This document shows positions 24,983 through 36,856 of a stretch of DNA of 64,000 bases, piece by piece; positions within the stretch are counted from its first letter, which is position 1, and the number at the start of each line of letters is the position of its first letter. The stretch lies in contig NC_086097.1 of assembly GCF_963921235.1 (NCBI RefSeq), positions 40,116,001 through 40,180,000 of the forward strand, read 5' to 3'. Source of the DNA: Mobula hypostoma (Eukaryota). A model generated the notes under the pieces. The model did not search any database, was not told where the DNA came from, and saw only the letters and a program-made list of their open reading frames with translations. The translations under genes were made by a program, and so were the position numbers.

Positions 24983-27548
24983 TGGAGGGTTCATATAGAT
25001 AAAACAATTGGAAAGTGTGAGAAAGTTTTATATGTTATGAAAAGTATTGCTGGATGTGACTGAGGAGCAGGGCGGGAAACTATGTACTTAATATATCTAG
25101 CTATGATTAGATCAGTTATAGATTATGGTTGTATTGTTTATGGTTCTGCTGCTATGGCAGTGCTTGGAAAATTAGACACTGTGCAGTCCAAAGCACTCAG
25201 ACTCTGTTGTGGAGCTTTTAGAACAACATCAGTCCCGACATTATGTGTGGAGATGGGAGAAGTGCCTCTGTATTTAAGACGAATTCAGTTGGGCCTGCAG
25301 TATTGGGTAAAACTGAATGGATTCAATCACAGCTGTCCATCAAAGTGCCTTTTGCAGGGGAAGTCGGAGCGCCAAAGTAAAATTAAAAGATACCCATTTT
25401 TAGATTTGGTTGATAACTGGGCTGTGAAATTGAAACTGACTGAGGAAGACATAGTTGGCCAAATTTGCCTGCCACCCGTCCCTTTTTGGCTCTTTCCAGA
25501 ACCAGAAGTAGACCTATTCCTCTTTTTTCAGCTTCAAGGAAGCAGTACAATTTCATCAGTGTTGATCACAAATGAACATTTAAATAATAAATGGGGATCT
25601 TATCTGAAGATTTTTACTGATGGCTCAGTGGACCCAGAGAGCGGTAGGGCAGGATTTGGGATGTATGTATCTCAACTTGGAGTTAAGATTGGTCACTGGG
25701 TTTCAGATGGTGTTTCTGTCTTTGCAACAGAATTATTAGCAATCCTCTGGGCCTTATGGTGGATAGAAGACTCTCAACCACGTAGGGCTATCATCTGTTC
25801 AGATTCTGCTGCTGCCTTAGAGTCTATAAAAGGGAGTAAATCAAAAGCTTGTCCTGACATAGTTATTGAGATTCTCTTAGTGTTGTTTAGAGTAGGGAAG
25901 ATGGGTTGTGCAGTTAGATTTTCATGGAAACCTGGGCATGCTGGGGTGGAGGGAAATGAAATTGTGGATGGCATTGCAAAGTCTTCCTTACAGAGCAGGC
26001 AAGTAGAAATTAGAGCTCCCCTAGGCAGAGCAGAATTGAGAAGTAGGATTAAAAAAGGTATAGCGAAGAAGTGGCAGGAGGATTGGAAAAATGAATTAAG
26101 TGCAGGCATTATTTTTCTAGTCACCCACGAGTTAAAAAGGTCTCAGATTGTTACCTTTTAAGTCGTAGAGATGTGGTGAAATTTACAAGACTTAGGTTGG
26201 GGCATTGTGGACTAAACTATTATTTAAAGATGATAAGAAAACATCCTACTGGATTATATATTAATGACTTGGATGAGGGAATTAAATGCAGTATCTCCAA
26301 GTTTGCGGATGACACGAAACTGGGTGGCAATGTTAGCTGTGAGGAGGATGCTAAGAGGATGCAGAGTGACTTGGATAGGTTGGGTGAGTGGGCAAATTCA
26401 TGGCAGATGCAATTTAATGTGGATAAATGTGAAGTGATCCACTTTGGTGGCAAAAATAGGAAAACAGATTACTATCTGAATGGTGGCCGATTAGGAAAAG
26501 GGGAGGTGCAACGAGACCTGGGTGTCATTATACACCAGTCATTGAAAGTGGGCATGCAGGTACAGCAGGCGGTGAAAAAGGCGAATGGTATGCTGGCATT
26601 TATAGCAAGAGGATTCGAGTACAGGAGCAGGGAGGTACTATTGCAGTTGTACAAGGCCTTGGTGAGACCACACCTGGAGTATTGTGTGCAGTTTTCGTCC
26701 CCTAATCTGAGGAAAGACATCCTTGCCATAGAAGGAGTACAAAGAAGGTTCACCGGATTGATTCCTGGGATGGCAGGACTTTCATATGAAGAAAGACTGG
26801 ATGAACTGGGCTTGTACTCGTTGGAATTTAGAAGATTGAGGGGGGATCTGATTGAAACGTATAAAATCCTGAAGGGATTGGACAGGCTAGATTCAGGAAG
26901 ATTGTTCCCGATGTTGGGGAAGTCCAGAACGAGGGGCCACAGTTTGAGGATAAAGGGGAAGCCTTTTAGGACCGAGATTAGGAAAAACTTCTTCACACAG
27001 AGAGTGGTGAATCTGTGGAATTTTCTGCCACAGGAAACAGTTGAGGCCAGTTCATTGGCTATATTTAAGAGGGAGTTAGATATGGCCCTTGTGGCTACGG
27101 GGATCAGGGGGTATGGAGGGAAGGCTGGGGCGGGGTTCTGAGTTGGATGATCAGCCATGATCATAATAAATGGTGGTGCAGGCTCGAAGGGCTGAATGGC
27201 CTACTCCTGCACCTATTTTCTATGTTTCTATGTTTCTATTATGTGACTGTGGTAGTCCAGAGACAGTCCAGCATGTTTTGCTGAGCTGTAAACAACACAA
27301 AATTGAAAGAAGCATGCTGTTCAAAAGGCTATCTGTCTTAAATTTATTTTGGTTTTCTATTAAATCTTTGTTTGGCCATCAAGAGAATCAACATCTGATT
27401 GAAGAGTTTATCATTCAGTTTATACGTGAGACTAGGTTGTACTCAAGAATTTGAGTTCCTTGAAGTTCTATAATTAATTATATATCCTGCAGAGGGCTGT
27501 ATTACGCCTAGATGCCTCTAAACAGCCGGAAATAGAAGAAGAAGAAGA
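24983..27548 (+). mobile_element. 5'-truncated I-group (Nimb-like) LINE with RNase H
   Basis: 14-bp TSD AGGTGGAGCACAAT (24969-24982 and 27549-27562); ORF 25082-26161 IRSVIDYG...IFTDGS...TELLAI...ICSDS...PGHAGVEGNEIVD; C-terminal RLRLGH..CDCG..ETVQHVLLSC; (GAA)n tail. Confidence 0.9.
26258..27237 (+). mobile_element. Young 5'-truncated CR1 with an uninterrupted RT C-terminal frame
   Basis: TSD ATTAT (26253-26257 and 27238-27242); YINDLD...SKFADDTK...LVRPHLEYC; (TTTCTATG)n tail. Confidence 0.92.
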
Positions 27549-28527
27549 AGGTGGAGCACAATGAGGCAGCAAGGTGGCAGCAGTACAGGTAATAATGAGA
27601 AACAGATGAGAGACCGAGTACTCAGTAATACAGGAGCTGGAACAGAGCAGATGTGGGGACAGGAGCACACGGCAATACAAAACCACAGACTGACGGCTCG
27701 GGGGAAGCACACAAAAAGACAGAGTTCAACTGGATGTACTGACACAGGTTGACCTTTCCACATGCAGTCAGACCTAATATTGGCTGTACTCTCTTTTCTA
27801 CAATGAATAGCTGTGGGTCACTATACAGCTCCCTTCTACTGGTACGTTCTCTCCAGTATAGCCTGTTACATTTAACTTCACTGGGTAACTCTTGCCCTTT
27901 ATTTTGAGAGTCTTGCAATCATCCATGGATAACAGATTTACCTGGGCTCCAGTGTCAAGCTTGAATGGAATTATGTCTCATTCACGGCCACTGGAACAAT
28001 GCACCCTGTTTTACCAGCACCTGCAGTCTGCATAAAATCCACAAAGAGTTCCTTCATTTTCTCAGCAACCATGAGCACCTTTCTTTTGTTAGCCCCAACT
28101 TTGCAAAATGATTCTTCTTCCCACAATGATTGCAGGACTTTCCATAAGCAGGACACATATTTGGGGTATTTGCTGCTTGAGCCTACCTTTTTGCTTTGCT
28201 GTTGCTTTGGGAAATGCCTTGTGCTCGGCTCCTCTGTTTTCACAGCGGGCACTGTTGTTTCTGCTTTGTGCAGATACTAAGCTTGTGCTTGTGTGGTCTC
28301 CACTGCCCTACACATATCCACAGCTTTTTCTAGCATCAAGTCTTTTTCACGGAGCAGGCTTTCTCTAAGGCCATTATGAGAATTCCATAAACTATTTTGT
28401 CTCTGACTAGTGAGCCTCTCAAACCTCCAAACTCACAGGGCTTACTCAGTGTGTGAAGTTCAGCTCATTATTGGTCAAAGCCAATGCTTTCCTTCTGGTC
28501 ACAGGAAAATAAATTATATCTCTCAAA

Positions 28528-28890
28528 TGCAAACATGAGGAAATCTGCAGATGCTGGAATTTCAAGCAACACACATAAAAGTTGCTGGTGAACGCAGCAG
28601 GCCAGGCATCATCTCTAGGAAGAGGTACAGTTGACATTTCGGGCCGAGACCCTTCGTCAGGACTAACTGAAGGAAGAGCTAGAAAGAGATTTGAAAGTGG
28701 GAGGGGGAGGGGGAGATCCAAAATGATAGGAAAAGACAGGAGGGGGAGGGATGGAGCCAAGAGCTGGACAGGTGATAGGCAAAAGGGATATGAGAGGATC
28801 ATGGGACAGGAGGCCTAGGGAGAAAGAAAAGGGTGGGGGGAACCAGGGAATGGGCAAGGGGTATAGTGAGGGTGACAGAGGGAGGTGGGG
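28528..28890 (-). mobile_element. Penelope-like terminal fragment
   Basis: Close reverse complement of 40570-40922. Confidence 0.85.
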
Positions 28891-29264
28891 GATGCTTTTA
28901 CCTGGGCAAAATACTCCTCAAATTTTGTCATCAGAGTGTCCGATGTAAAGACTGTCTTATTAATTTGAATAGTCATTGATGTCCAAATTATCTTTGCCAA
29001 CTATATGCAGAAAGGTAGATGCTTTCATTTATTTTCACCTGCACTTCCACTAAATATATCTTGAATCACTGTTTGAGGAGTTTCCAGTTATCAGTTAAAT
29101 TGCTGGTAAACCGCATAGGTGTGGTAGGACGGGACTTATCCATTCTGGTCAAGGTGACACCAGCATACAATGCTCCTTCAGTCAACATCTTTCAGATTGC
29201 CCATGAAAATGTCTGTTTTACTTTTTTTGCATCTGTTTTTCACTTTAACTGTGTTTCTGGGACT

Positions 29265-29984
29265 GTTAGAGCCTGTGATTTACAGTCTGGATATCAATTG
29301 AGGAGTGATCCAGCGCTTTGCTGCTCCAGAAGATTCTGGGAAGTGAGCGTGTACTTGGACAATCTCGATGCGAAGAAACTTAAAGACAGGGCACGTGCCG
29401 ATGCTCGACTCCATTTTGAGACATCGAAGCAAATGTGGAAGGTGAGTGAGAGTTCAGCACTGACTGCTTTCCTTTTGATTGCTGCCAAGAAGGAGCCTCT
29501 GAATGGCCTACCACTGTGTGGCTCACTGCGGCAGGCAGGTAGGCCTCTACCTCATGAGGAGTCCCTCTCTTTCGATGAATGTCAGTGGTATCGGAGGATG
29601 GTATTGTGGTTCTGTACTTATGGATTGGACTACTGTGTTTAAGGACTGTGGACTTTTTCAGCCTTATGGTTTTCATATTGTGCTTTTTATCACCCATTCC
29701 TTTTCTGTTTTGTTGTTGGAGGAGGAGGTTTGGGGGTTGATGTTCGGTTGTGTTATGTTAGTTTTTTGTGCGGGGAAGGGGTTGTTTTGGGGGTCAATGT
29801 TTTTGTTCCGTTTTGTGGGGGGGTTGATGATCAGGATGCCGTTCCTTTTTGTGCGTGGGTGGGTGGGTTTGATTGTTTTTTCTGGATGACCTTCATGTTC
29901 TTTTTTGTTTTGTGGCTATCTGGAGAAGAAAAATTTCAGAGTTGTATATAGATACCTACTTCAATAATAAATGAACCTTTGAAC
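29265..29984 (+). mobile_element. Non-coding LINE-tail element
   Basis: GT-rich 3' region ending AATAAATGAACCTTTGAAC; a related 3' end lies on the minus strand near 38060-38135. Confidence 0.5.
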
Positions 29985-30228
29985 ATCTGATCAAACTAAT
30001 TTTCAGACTGTCACCTGGTATTCCTTTGGTGAATCCGGTGAACTTCAGCAGCTTCAAGACACTACATGCTCCCTGAATGGCAGCTGCTCTCTTTTGGAAC
30101 CAACATCTCTTACTTAGTCGCTCGTGGTGTTCATTTACGCTTGTATTTGGACCTTAAGCCGACTTTTGAAACCATGTTATGTTTGTTTTTGTAAAGACAA
30201 ACTTGTGTGGGTAAAAATGCTAGAACTA

Positions 30229-30606
30229 TTTATACTTTATACTTTATTGTCGCCAAACAATTGATACTAGAACATACAATCATCACAGTGATATTTGACT
30301 CTGCGCTTTCTGCTCCCTGGATTACAAATCGATAGTAAATATTAAAAATTTAAATTATAAATCATAAATAGAAAATAGAAAAATGGAAAGTAAGGTAGTG
30401 CAAAAAAACCGAGAGGCAGGTCCGGATATTTGGAGGGTACGGCCCAGATCCGGGTTAGGATCCGCTCAGCAGTCTTATCACAGTTGGAAAGAAGCTGTTC
30501 CCAAATCTGGCCGGTCGAGTCTTCAAGCTCTGAAGCCTTCTCTCGGAGGGAAGAGGGATGAAAACTGTGTTGGCTGGGTGGGTCGTGTCCTTGATTATCT
30601 TGGTAA
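30229..30606 (-). mobile_element. Rex1-like LINE 3' fragment inserted in the Gypsy 5' LTR
   Basis: Reverse complement of 16955-17333; TATT flanks. Confidence 0.85.
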
Positions 30607-32066
30607 TTAATATTTTATTTACAGATTTACAGCAACTGCTTCAGCTCAACCACATTTTACTTGGGACGCTCCAGCCCGCCAGGAGCATATGTGACCTTTT
30701 CACCAATGACACTTCCAGTTCTGGGTGAACCACCTGCATTGCACACTGGGACCTGAAGTTCTTTATTTTGTACACACATAGAACCACAGAGAGAGCATAT
30801 GGTAGAAAGAGTTCCTTGCTTGACTTCTGGTCCCTAACATGGTCATTGGCTAGTCAAAATTTAATGACCAACATTGTCTCTAACTGTACATTGGCAATGT
30901 ATTTGCCTTAAATATTTTCTTTCATTTTATGGTTCTGAAATTAAATCTATGAGCCGCATGGGCCAAAATGCCCTTCTGTGCTGTGAGGAATCAGTGACTC
31001 AAGGGACCACGTGTTCTGACGCAGGTCAGTTTGGTATTGGCCATGGCACTTGATCGAACCAGTGATGCTGGTGGGAGGCTCAGTGAGCTGAATTTCACTT
31101 GTGGGTGCCGAGCTATCGGTTCCAGTCATTCCACATACAGGCAGCTCATCTTCTGTGGGTGCCAGGAAGTTGTGCCTGCGGTTCATGGGGGGGGGGGGCG
31201 GCAAAGCTTTGCTTAGTTAACTGATACTCTTGAAGTAACTGAGGCTTTGGAAGCATGGCTTCCATTTCACTGTTGTATGACTGACACCGCTGTAGAGTAG
31301 CCATTAGCAAAGTGATGATTGAAAACAGTTATATTGGGCAGTTATGTTGGACTGGCAATGACATTGTGTCTGACAATTGTCTGCGGTCAAGAGAACATCT
31401 CAATATCATTCTCAGGACTTCTAAGTTACATTTTCTCTTCACAGCTTCCTAATTCTATATAAAGTTCATCAACATGAGATTTGAGCCTCAGCACCAGACA
31501 TTTTCCAATTCACTGGTTCACAAACCTTTCATCCAATTACAAAGGGACATTTGATATCTTTCAATTCCAATTGTAATGGCATCTTCACCACTGCACCTTC
31601 TTTCTGCCTACAATTGCTTTCTCTTCCCCTCAGCACAAGCATATGCTCAACAAATTACCGGTAACAGAATATTTATTGTAAATATTCTGTTACTCTCTTA
31701 AATGTTATTATAATGATTAATGTAAAATGTTCAGCTGGGGCTTAATCAATCCCAGATGCTCTGCAGAGCAATTTGAAGGATTAATGTTAATTTAAATATT
31801 TTTTCAAAAAAAATAATGCTCCTTTATAACAACTGCTCAGCAAAAGTTTTGCTTGACATTTTATGAACTATGCAGACACGCTGTCTATCGAATGTCATTT
31901 GACTGCAAGGTGTTTTCCTATTGAGAAATCTAAGCAAGCAGTCAAGCAGACTGAAGTGACACAGAGCTGACAGATGGCTTTGCAAGACTTCTTTTTTCCT
32001 AATCTATCTGCAATGATGTGCTTATGATGTGGTCAGAATGCCAGAATGATCAACGATGCTACTTAC

Positions 32067-32116
32067 AAGTTCCATCTCCATTGTTGAGAGTATTCAGAGG
32101 CAGGAGTTGAAGAGGT
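32067..32116 (-). CDS. Candidate exon (50 nt)
   Basis: ttatcag|...CTT|gtaagt; frame TSSTPASEYSQQWRWN joins in phase to 23161-23206; acceptor is weak. Confidence 0.2.
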
Positions 32117-32562
32117 CTGATAACTTCACTCAGTGAAGACTATCATATGGCAATCTCAAAGGCAGATTTACTGAATATAATTGATAGACTTTTGTGTACT
32201 GAGGAAGCAAGCACTCAAAACTGTCAAAAGTAAACCACAGTAAATAAAACAAACTGTGAAATCAGTTAGATTAAATATGACTTTCATTGGCAGACCTGGT
32301 AAATTTGTAAAGGAGTCAAGCTAAATATAGTGTACCTTATGTCTCCTATTGCGATTACATTTTCTATCCTTTTATATGGTTGTGGTTAAGATCTTAATGT
32401 GGACTGTGAACCCTGTTCATCTGTGAAGAAGGAATTTGAACAAGTAGGGACAGTACTGGACATGCAGCCAGTTACAGAAAAAAATAACAAAAATGTCTTC
32501 AGACTTTGGGGGTAATTTTTTTAATCATCAGCACAACGGAAAATGAAAGAAAACTGCAGGAG

Positions 32563-33335
32563 TAACAGAAAATACTGAAAATGCTGGTCAGGCAGCAACT
32601 GTGGAGAGAGAAACAGGTTTAATATTTTACTTTCTTATTTTCATATTTAACCAAAACATGAACACGGTTTGTCTTTGTACGGCTGCCACTTAACCTGTTG
32701 AGTATTACCAGTTTTGTTTTTATTTCAGCTCTTTAATTGTTGTGTTTCTATTCTGATTTTATTCTCAATGGATTAAAAGTTCATAAAGCAAAAAACAAAT
32801 CAAAAGTGCCCCTTAAAGTATATTGACTTCCAACATTTACCAGCTCAGATGAAAGGCCATCAAACTTCAATGTTAACTCTGTTTCTCCTTCTCTATGCTG
32901 TGTTAAATCTGGATCAATTTTTTGTCCCTCATTAAAACAACCAAGGTTGGAAATGCTTAGCAGGTTAAGCAGCGTCTATGGAGAAAGAAGTAGGGTTAAT
33001 ACAGTACAATAAATACAACTCTCTAGCTCAGTCAAAATAATGACTGCAAATGCTGGAAATTTGAAATAAATTGAATAATATCTGTAAATACAATCCAATG
33101 AGACACCATCTAAGGCAGGGGTTCCCAACATGGGGTCTACGGACCACAAGGTTAATGGTGTGGGTCCATGGGATAAAACAATGTTCGGAAACCCCTGATC
33201 TAAGGGAAGGGCAATTGCAAACTTTTAAAATCAAGGATCAGATCTTGCAAAAGGTTATTGACTTGTAGCATGAACTATTTCTCTCCCCACAAATGCTACC
33301 TGATCTAATCAGTGTTTCCAGCATCTTCTTTTTTA
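32563..33335. repeat. Cluster of decayed Penelope-type termini in alternating orientation
   Basis: GGCAGCA..TGTGGAGAGAGAAACAG and its inverse recur at ~32590, 32680, 32860, 32960 and 33280. Confidence 0.55.
33116..33197. mobile_element. 82-bp hAT MITE
   Basis: 8-bp TSD ATCTAAGG; TIR CAGGGGTTCCCAAC / GTTCGGAAACCCCTG. Confidence 0.88.
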
Positions 33336-35649
33336 AAAGGCAGCTATTTAGTAGATATTTTCAAACTTTGAGATAAGAATATTTAAAGGCAAGAAAACTG
33401 CTTTTTGAATGATTTAAGAGCATGATAGATAATAGAAATTAGGGGATGACATATAGAGCACTTGCACCATGATGCAAAGTGAAGAAGACAACACCCAATG
33501 GCCTTGGTTGCATGTACATTCGACTGACAAAACGTTTTAGAGCAAGAGGATGGCCAGAGGCCTCGTTTCCATAGATCCTCACAGATATTTAGTCATCATG
33601 TTCTGTCATTATTATTCACTGTTCTAACTCAGGGCCTCAGCTTAAGACTGGCGGAGACTGTGGTGAGACTCTGGAGTTTTAGCTCAGACTAACAAATAAC
33701 TCAGATAAGCAGTATGGTTCAGTGCGGTGCCAATTATGTTGTGAAGTCAGCCATGATTTGGTTTGTAGAATTCTGACATTGGAAACTGAACAGTAAAAAT
33801 CTAAGCCAAAAAAAAACCCAACAAATTAACAAAAGGTTTCTGCACTAGCAGAATTGTTACCTTTTGGTTGAAGGTTGGAATACGGTGATGGATACTAGAT
33901 CTTTTCCTTAAGAAGGTTCCACATTCAGCAGTCATCCTGGGGGATTTCAGCAATCATCCTGGTAGTGGTGTACATCCCACCAGAGACCAGTGTCAAATAG
34001 GCTCTAGTCGAACTGAACAGTGTAATCTACAGGCAAGAAACAGCACATCCTGATGCCTTCCCTATCATTGTGGGGGATTTTATCCAGGCCAGCTTGAGAA
34101 AGTCTTGAAATAATTATTACCAACAAATTGTAGTACTGGAGGAGCCAACACACTGGACCACTGTTACATCACCATCAAGAGCACCTACCATGCGATCCCA
34201 CGTCCACACTCTGGAAAGTCCGATCACTTGGCTGTACATCTACTTCATGATTAAAGGCAGAGACTGAAGACTGCAGCACAAGTAGTGAGAAACAAGTAAA
34301 TATAGACAAGGGAGGTACCATAGTGCTTTGAATCAGTGGACTGGACTGTGTTTAGGGATTCATCTTCGAGTCTCATTGAGAATGCCATAGCTGTTCCTTT
34401 ACTTTATTAAAGCCTGTGTGGATGAGTGTGTGCCTACCAGTACATACCTGGATCAAAAGTCATGGATGAACCAGGAGGTTTGTAGTTTTCTGAGGACTAG
34501 GTCTTTGGCATTCAAGTCTGGCCACACAAGTCTGCACAAGAAAACCAGGTACAACTTGTGAAGGGCTGTCTCAAAAGCAAAGGAATAATTCTGAGCAAGG
34601 TTGGAGGTGGAATAGGATGCATGTCAACTCAGGCAGGATTTGCAGGCTATTACTTCCTGCAAATGCAAACCTAACATCATGAATGGCAGCGGTGCATCAC
34701 TCCCGGATGAACTCAATGCCTTTCATGCTCGCTTTAAAACTACAGCTGTGAGGCTCCTTGCAACACCCAGTGACCTTGTGATCTCTGTCTCAGAGGCCAA
34801 CGTCAGGCTGTCTTTCAAGATATTGACCCCTCGCAAGGTGTCAGGCCCCAATGGAGATCCTAGTAGGGCTCTGAAAATCTGTACCAACCAACTGGAAAGG
34901 GTGTGCAAAGACATTTTCAGTCTCTCATTGTTACAGTCGGAAGTTTCTACCTGCCTCAAAAGGGCAACAATTATACCAGTGCCCAAGAAGTAAAGGGTGA
35001 GCTGCCTCGATGGCTATCACCCAAGGGCACTCATATCTATGGTGATGAGAGGCTGGTTATGACTAGGATTAACTCCTGTCTCAGCAAAGTCCTGGACTCA
35101 CTGCTATTTGCCTATCAGCACAATAGGTGTACGGAAGATGCGATCTCATTGACTCTTCATGTGGCTTGGATTACCCAGAGAATACAAATACCTATGTCAG
35201 GACACTGTTTATTGACCACAGCTCAGCATTTAACACCATCATTCCTACAGTTCTGATCAAAAAGCTCCAGAACCTGGACCTTTGTATCTCCCTCTGCAAC
35301 TGGATCCTCGACTTCCTAACTGGAAGACCACAATCTGTGTGGATTGGACATAACATCTCCACCTCACTGACAATCCACACTGGTGCACATCGGGGCTGTG
35401 TGCTTATCCCACTGCTCTGCTCTCTCTACACCCATAACTGTGTGGTTAGGCACAGCTCAAATGCCATCTATAAATTTGCTGATGATACAACCATTGTTGA
35501 CACAATTTCAGATGGAGACAAGGGGGAGTATAGGAGCGAGATATACCAGCTAGTTGAGTTGGTGTCACAGCAACAAGCTCGCACTCAACGTCAGTAAGAC
35601 CAAAGAACTGATTGTGCACTTCTGAAGATCTCTACTGGACCCATAATAT

Positions 35650-36856
35650 CAAGGGTCCCCAACCTTTTTTGCATTGCGGACCGGTTTAATATTGACAATA
35701 TTCTTGCGGACCGGCCGACCGGGGGGGTAGGGTTGCCAATGAACAAGAGTAGCAGTCAAATGCGTTGTTTACCAAAAAAGACTACAATGACCATGAAACC
35801 TTGCGCGGGAACCAATACGCATGCGCGTTGTGACCTGCCGATTCCTCCCTCCCTCCTCCCCCCCACCACCACCGGAGCAAATCCTTTTTTTTGGCGATTC
35901 TGTTCGTGGGGGTGGGTGTTGATCACTACCGGAATACAGGTGATAAGTGGGTAATACACTCAATTTTGTTTCTAAAAAGGTTTATCTAACGAATTTAATA
36001 TTAAACACAGAGCGCATATTTTCCTCGCATGGATATAATGATAAGTCAATTATCAGGGGAGCTTGAAGTAAGTAAGTTTTGAATGAACTTCCAGTAGAAG
36101 TGGCAGAAGCAGGTTCGATACGATCATTTACAGAAAAATTGGAGAGGTATATGGACAGGAAAGAAATGGAGGGTTACGGGCTGAGTGCAGGTCGGTGGGA
36201 CTAGGTGAGAGTAGCGTTCGGCACGGACTAGAAGGGGAGAGATGGCCTGTTTCCATGTTGTAATCGTTATACGGTCACTTATAAGTCAATAGCATCATAA
36301 CATTTTAAGTAATATTTGGATATTAAACGCACAGCAAATATTTTCCCTGTATAAATATATAAAATCATTGCAACACACCAATATCGCTGAATCAGTGGGA
36401 GCCCTGGACTTGTTTCCCTGCAACAACCCCGTCCAATCAAGGGGTGATGGGAGACATCGATAGTCGAAGGGGGTTCCTGATGTCCAGTCTATTCTGCAGT
36501 TTAGTTTTCGTTGCATTCATTGCAGAAAATTCCGCTTCGCAGAAAAATGTTGGAAATAGAAGCAATGTTTTCAGTGCTTTCGTGGCTATCTCAGGATATT
36601 TAGCCTTGACTTTGATCCAAAATGCCGATAGAGATGTTATGTCAAACGTACTTTTCAGCCCGTCGTCATTTGCAAGCTCGAGGAGTTGATCGCCTTCCCG
36701 CCCTGACACGGATGACATGCGGGTCATGACTTCACATGCGTAATGGCTGATCAGTGGCTGTGACAGGGAATGAGGAAAGGTGCAGCTGACCAAATCATAT
36801 CGCTTCCTCGCGGCCCGGTACCGCATGCTCTGCGGCCCGGTGGTTGGGGACCGCTG
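35650..36856 (-). mobile_element. Non-autonomous hAT (Charlie/Buster-like) element with a transposase C-terminal remnant
   Basis: 8-bp TSD CATAATAT; TIR CAAGGGTCCCCAACC / GGTTGGGGACCGCTG; FWIKVKAKYPEIATKALKTLL.FPT..CEAEFSAM..TKTK.QNRLD. Confidence 0.92.
36080..36275 (+). mobile_element. CR1 3' end inside the hAT element
   Basis: Matches 57708-57905. Confidence 0.75.

Larger units (their letters stand above)
24611..27744. mobile_element. Solo LTR (TGTCAG...CTGACA) split by two insertions
   Basis: Terminal inverted TGTCAG/CTGACA; the sequence is continuous once 24696-24761 and 24983-27548 are removed; flanks CGAGT/CAGGT are not a perfect TSD. Confidence 0.65.
23560..30788 (-). mobile_element. 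Old Ty3/Gypsy (K02A2.6-like) element, internally deleted, with multiple nested insertions
   Basis: LTR pair ~23560-23780 and 30175-30788; PPT AAAGGGGAAAGATG next to 23780; Leu-type PBS TGGTTTCAAAAGTCGG next to 30175; CPAYGKSCNHCGKKNHFAK knuckle; QPILGL motif. Confidence 0.8.

Noticed and set aside
26472..27164. 230-aa minus-strand ORF
   Set aside because: Antisense shadow of the young CR1 frame; the same N-terminus recurs at 53908-54381 over another CR1 end
29019..29642. 207-aa ORF
   Set aside because: Runs across a junction between antisense Gypsy gag and another repeat; no recognisable domain
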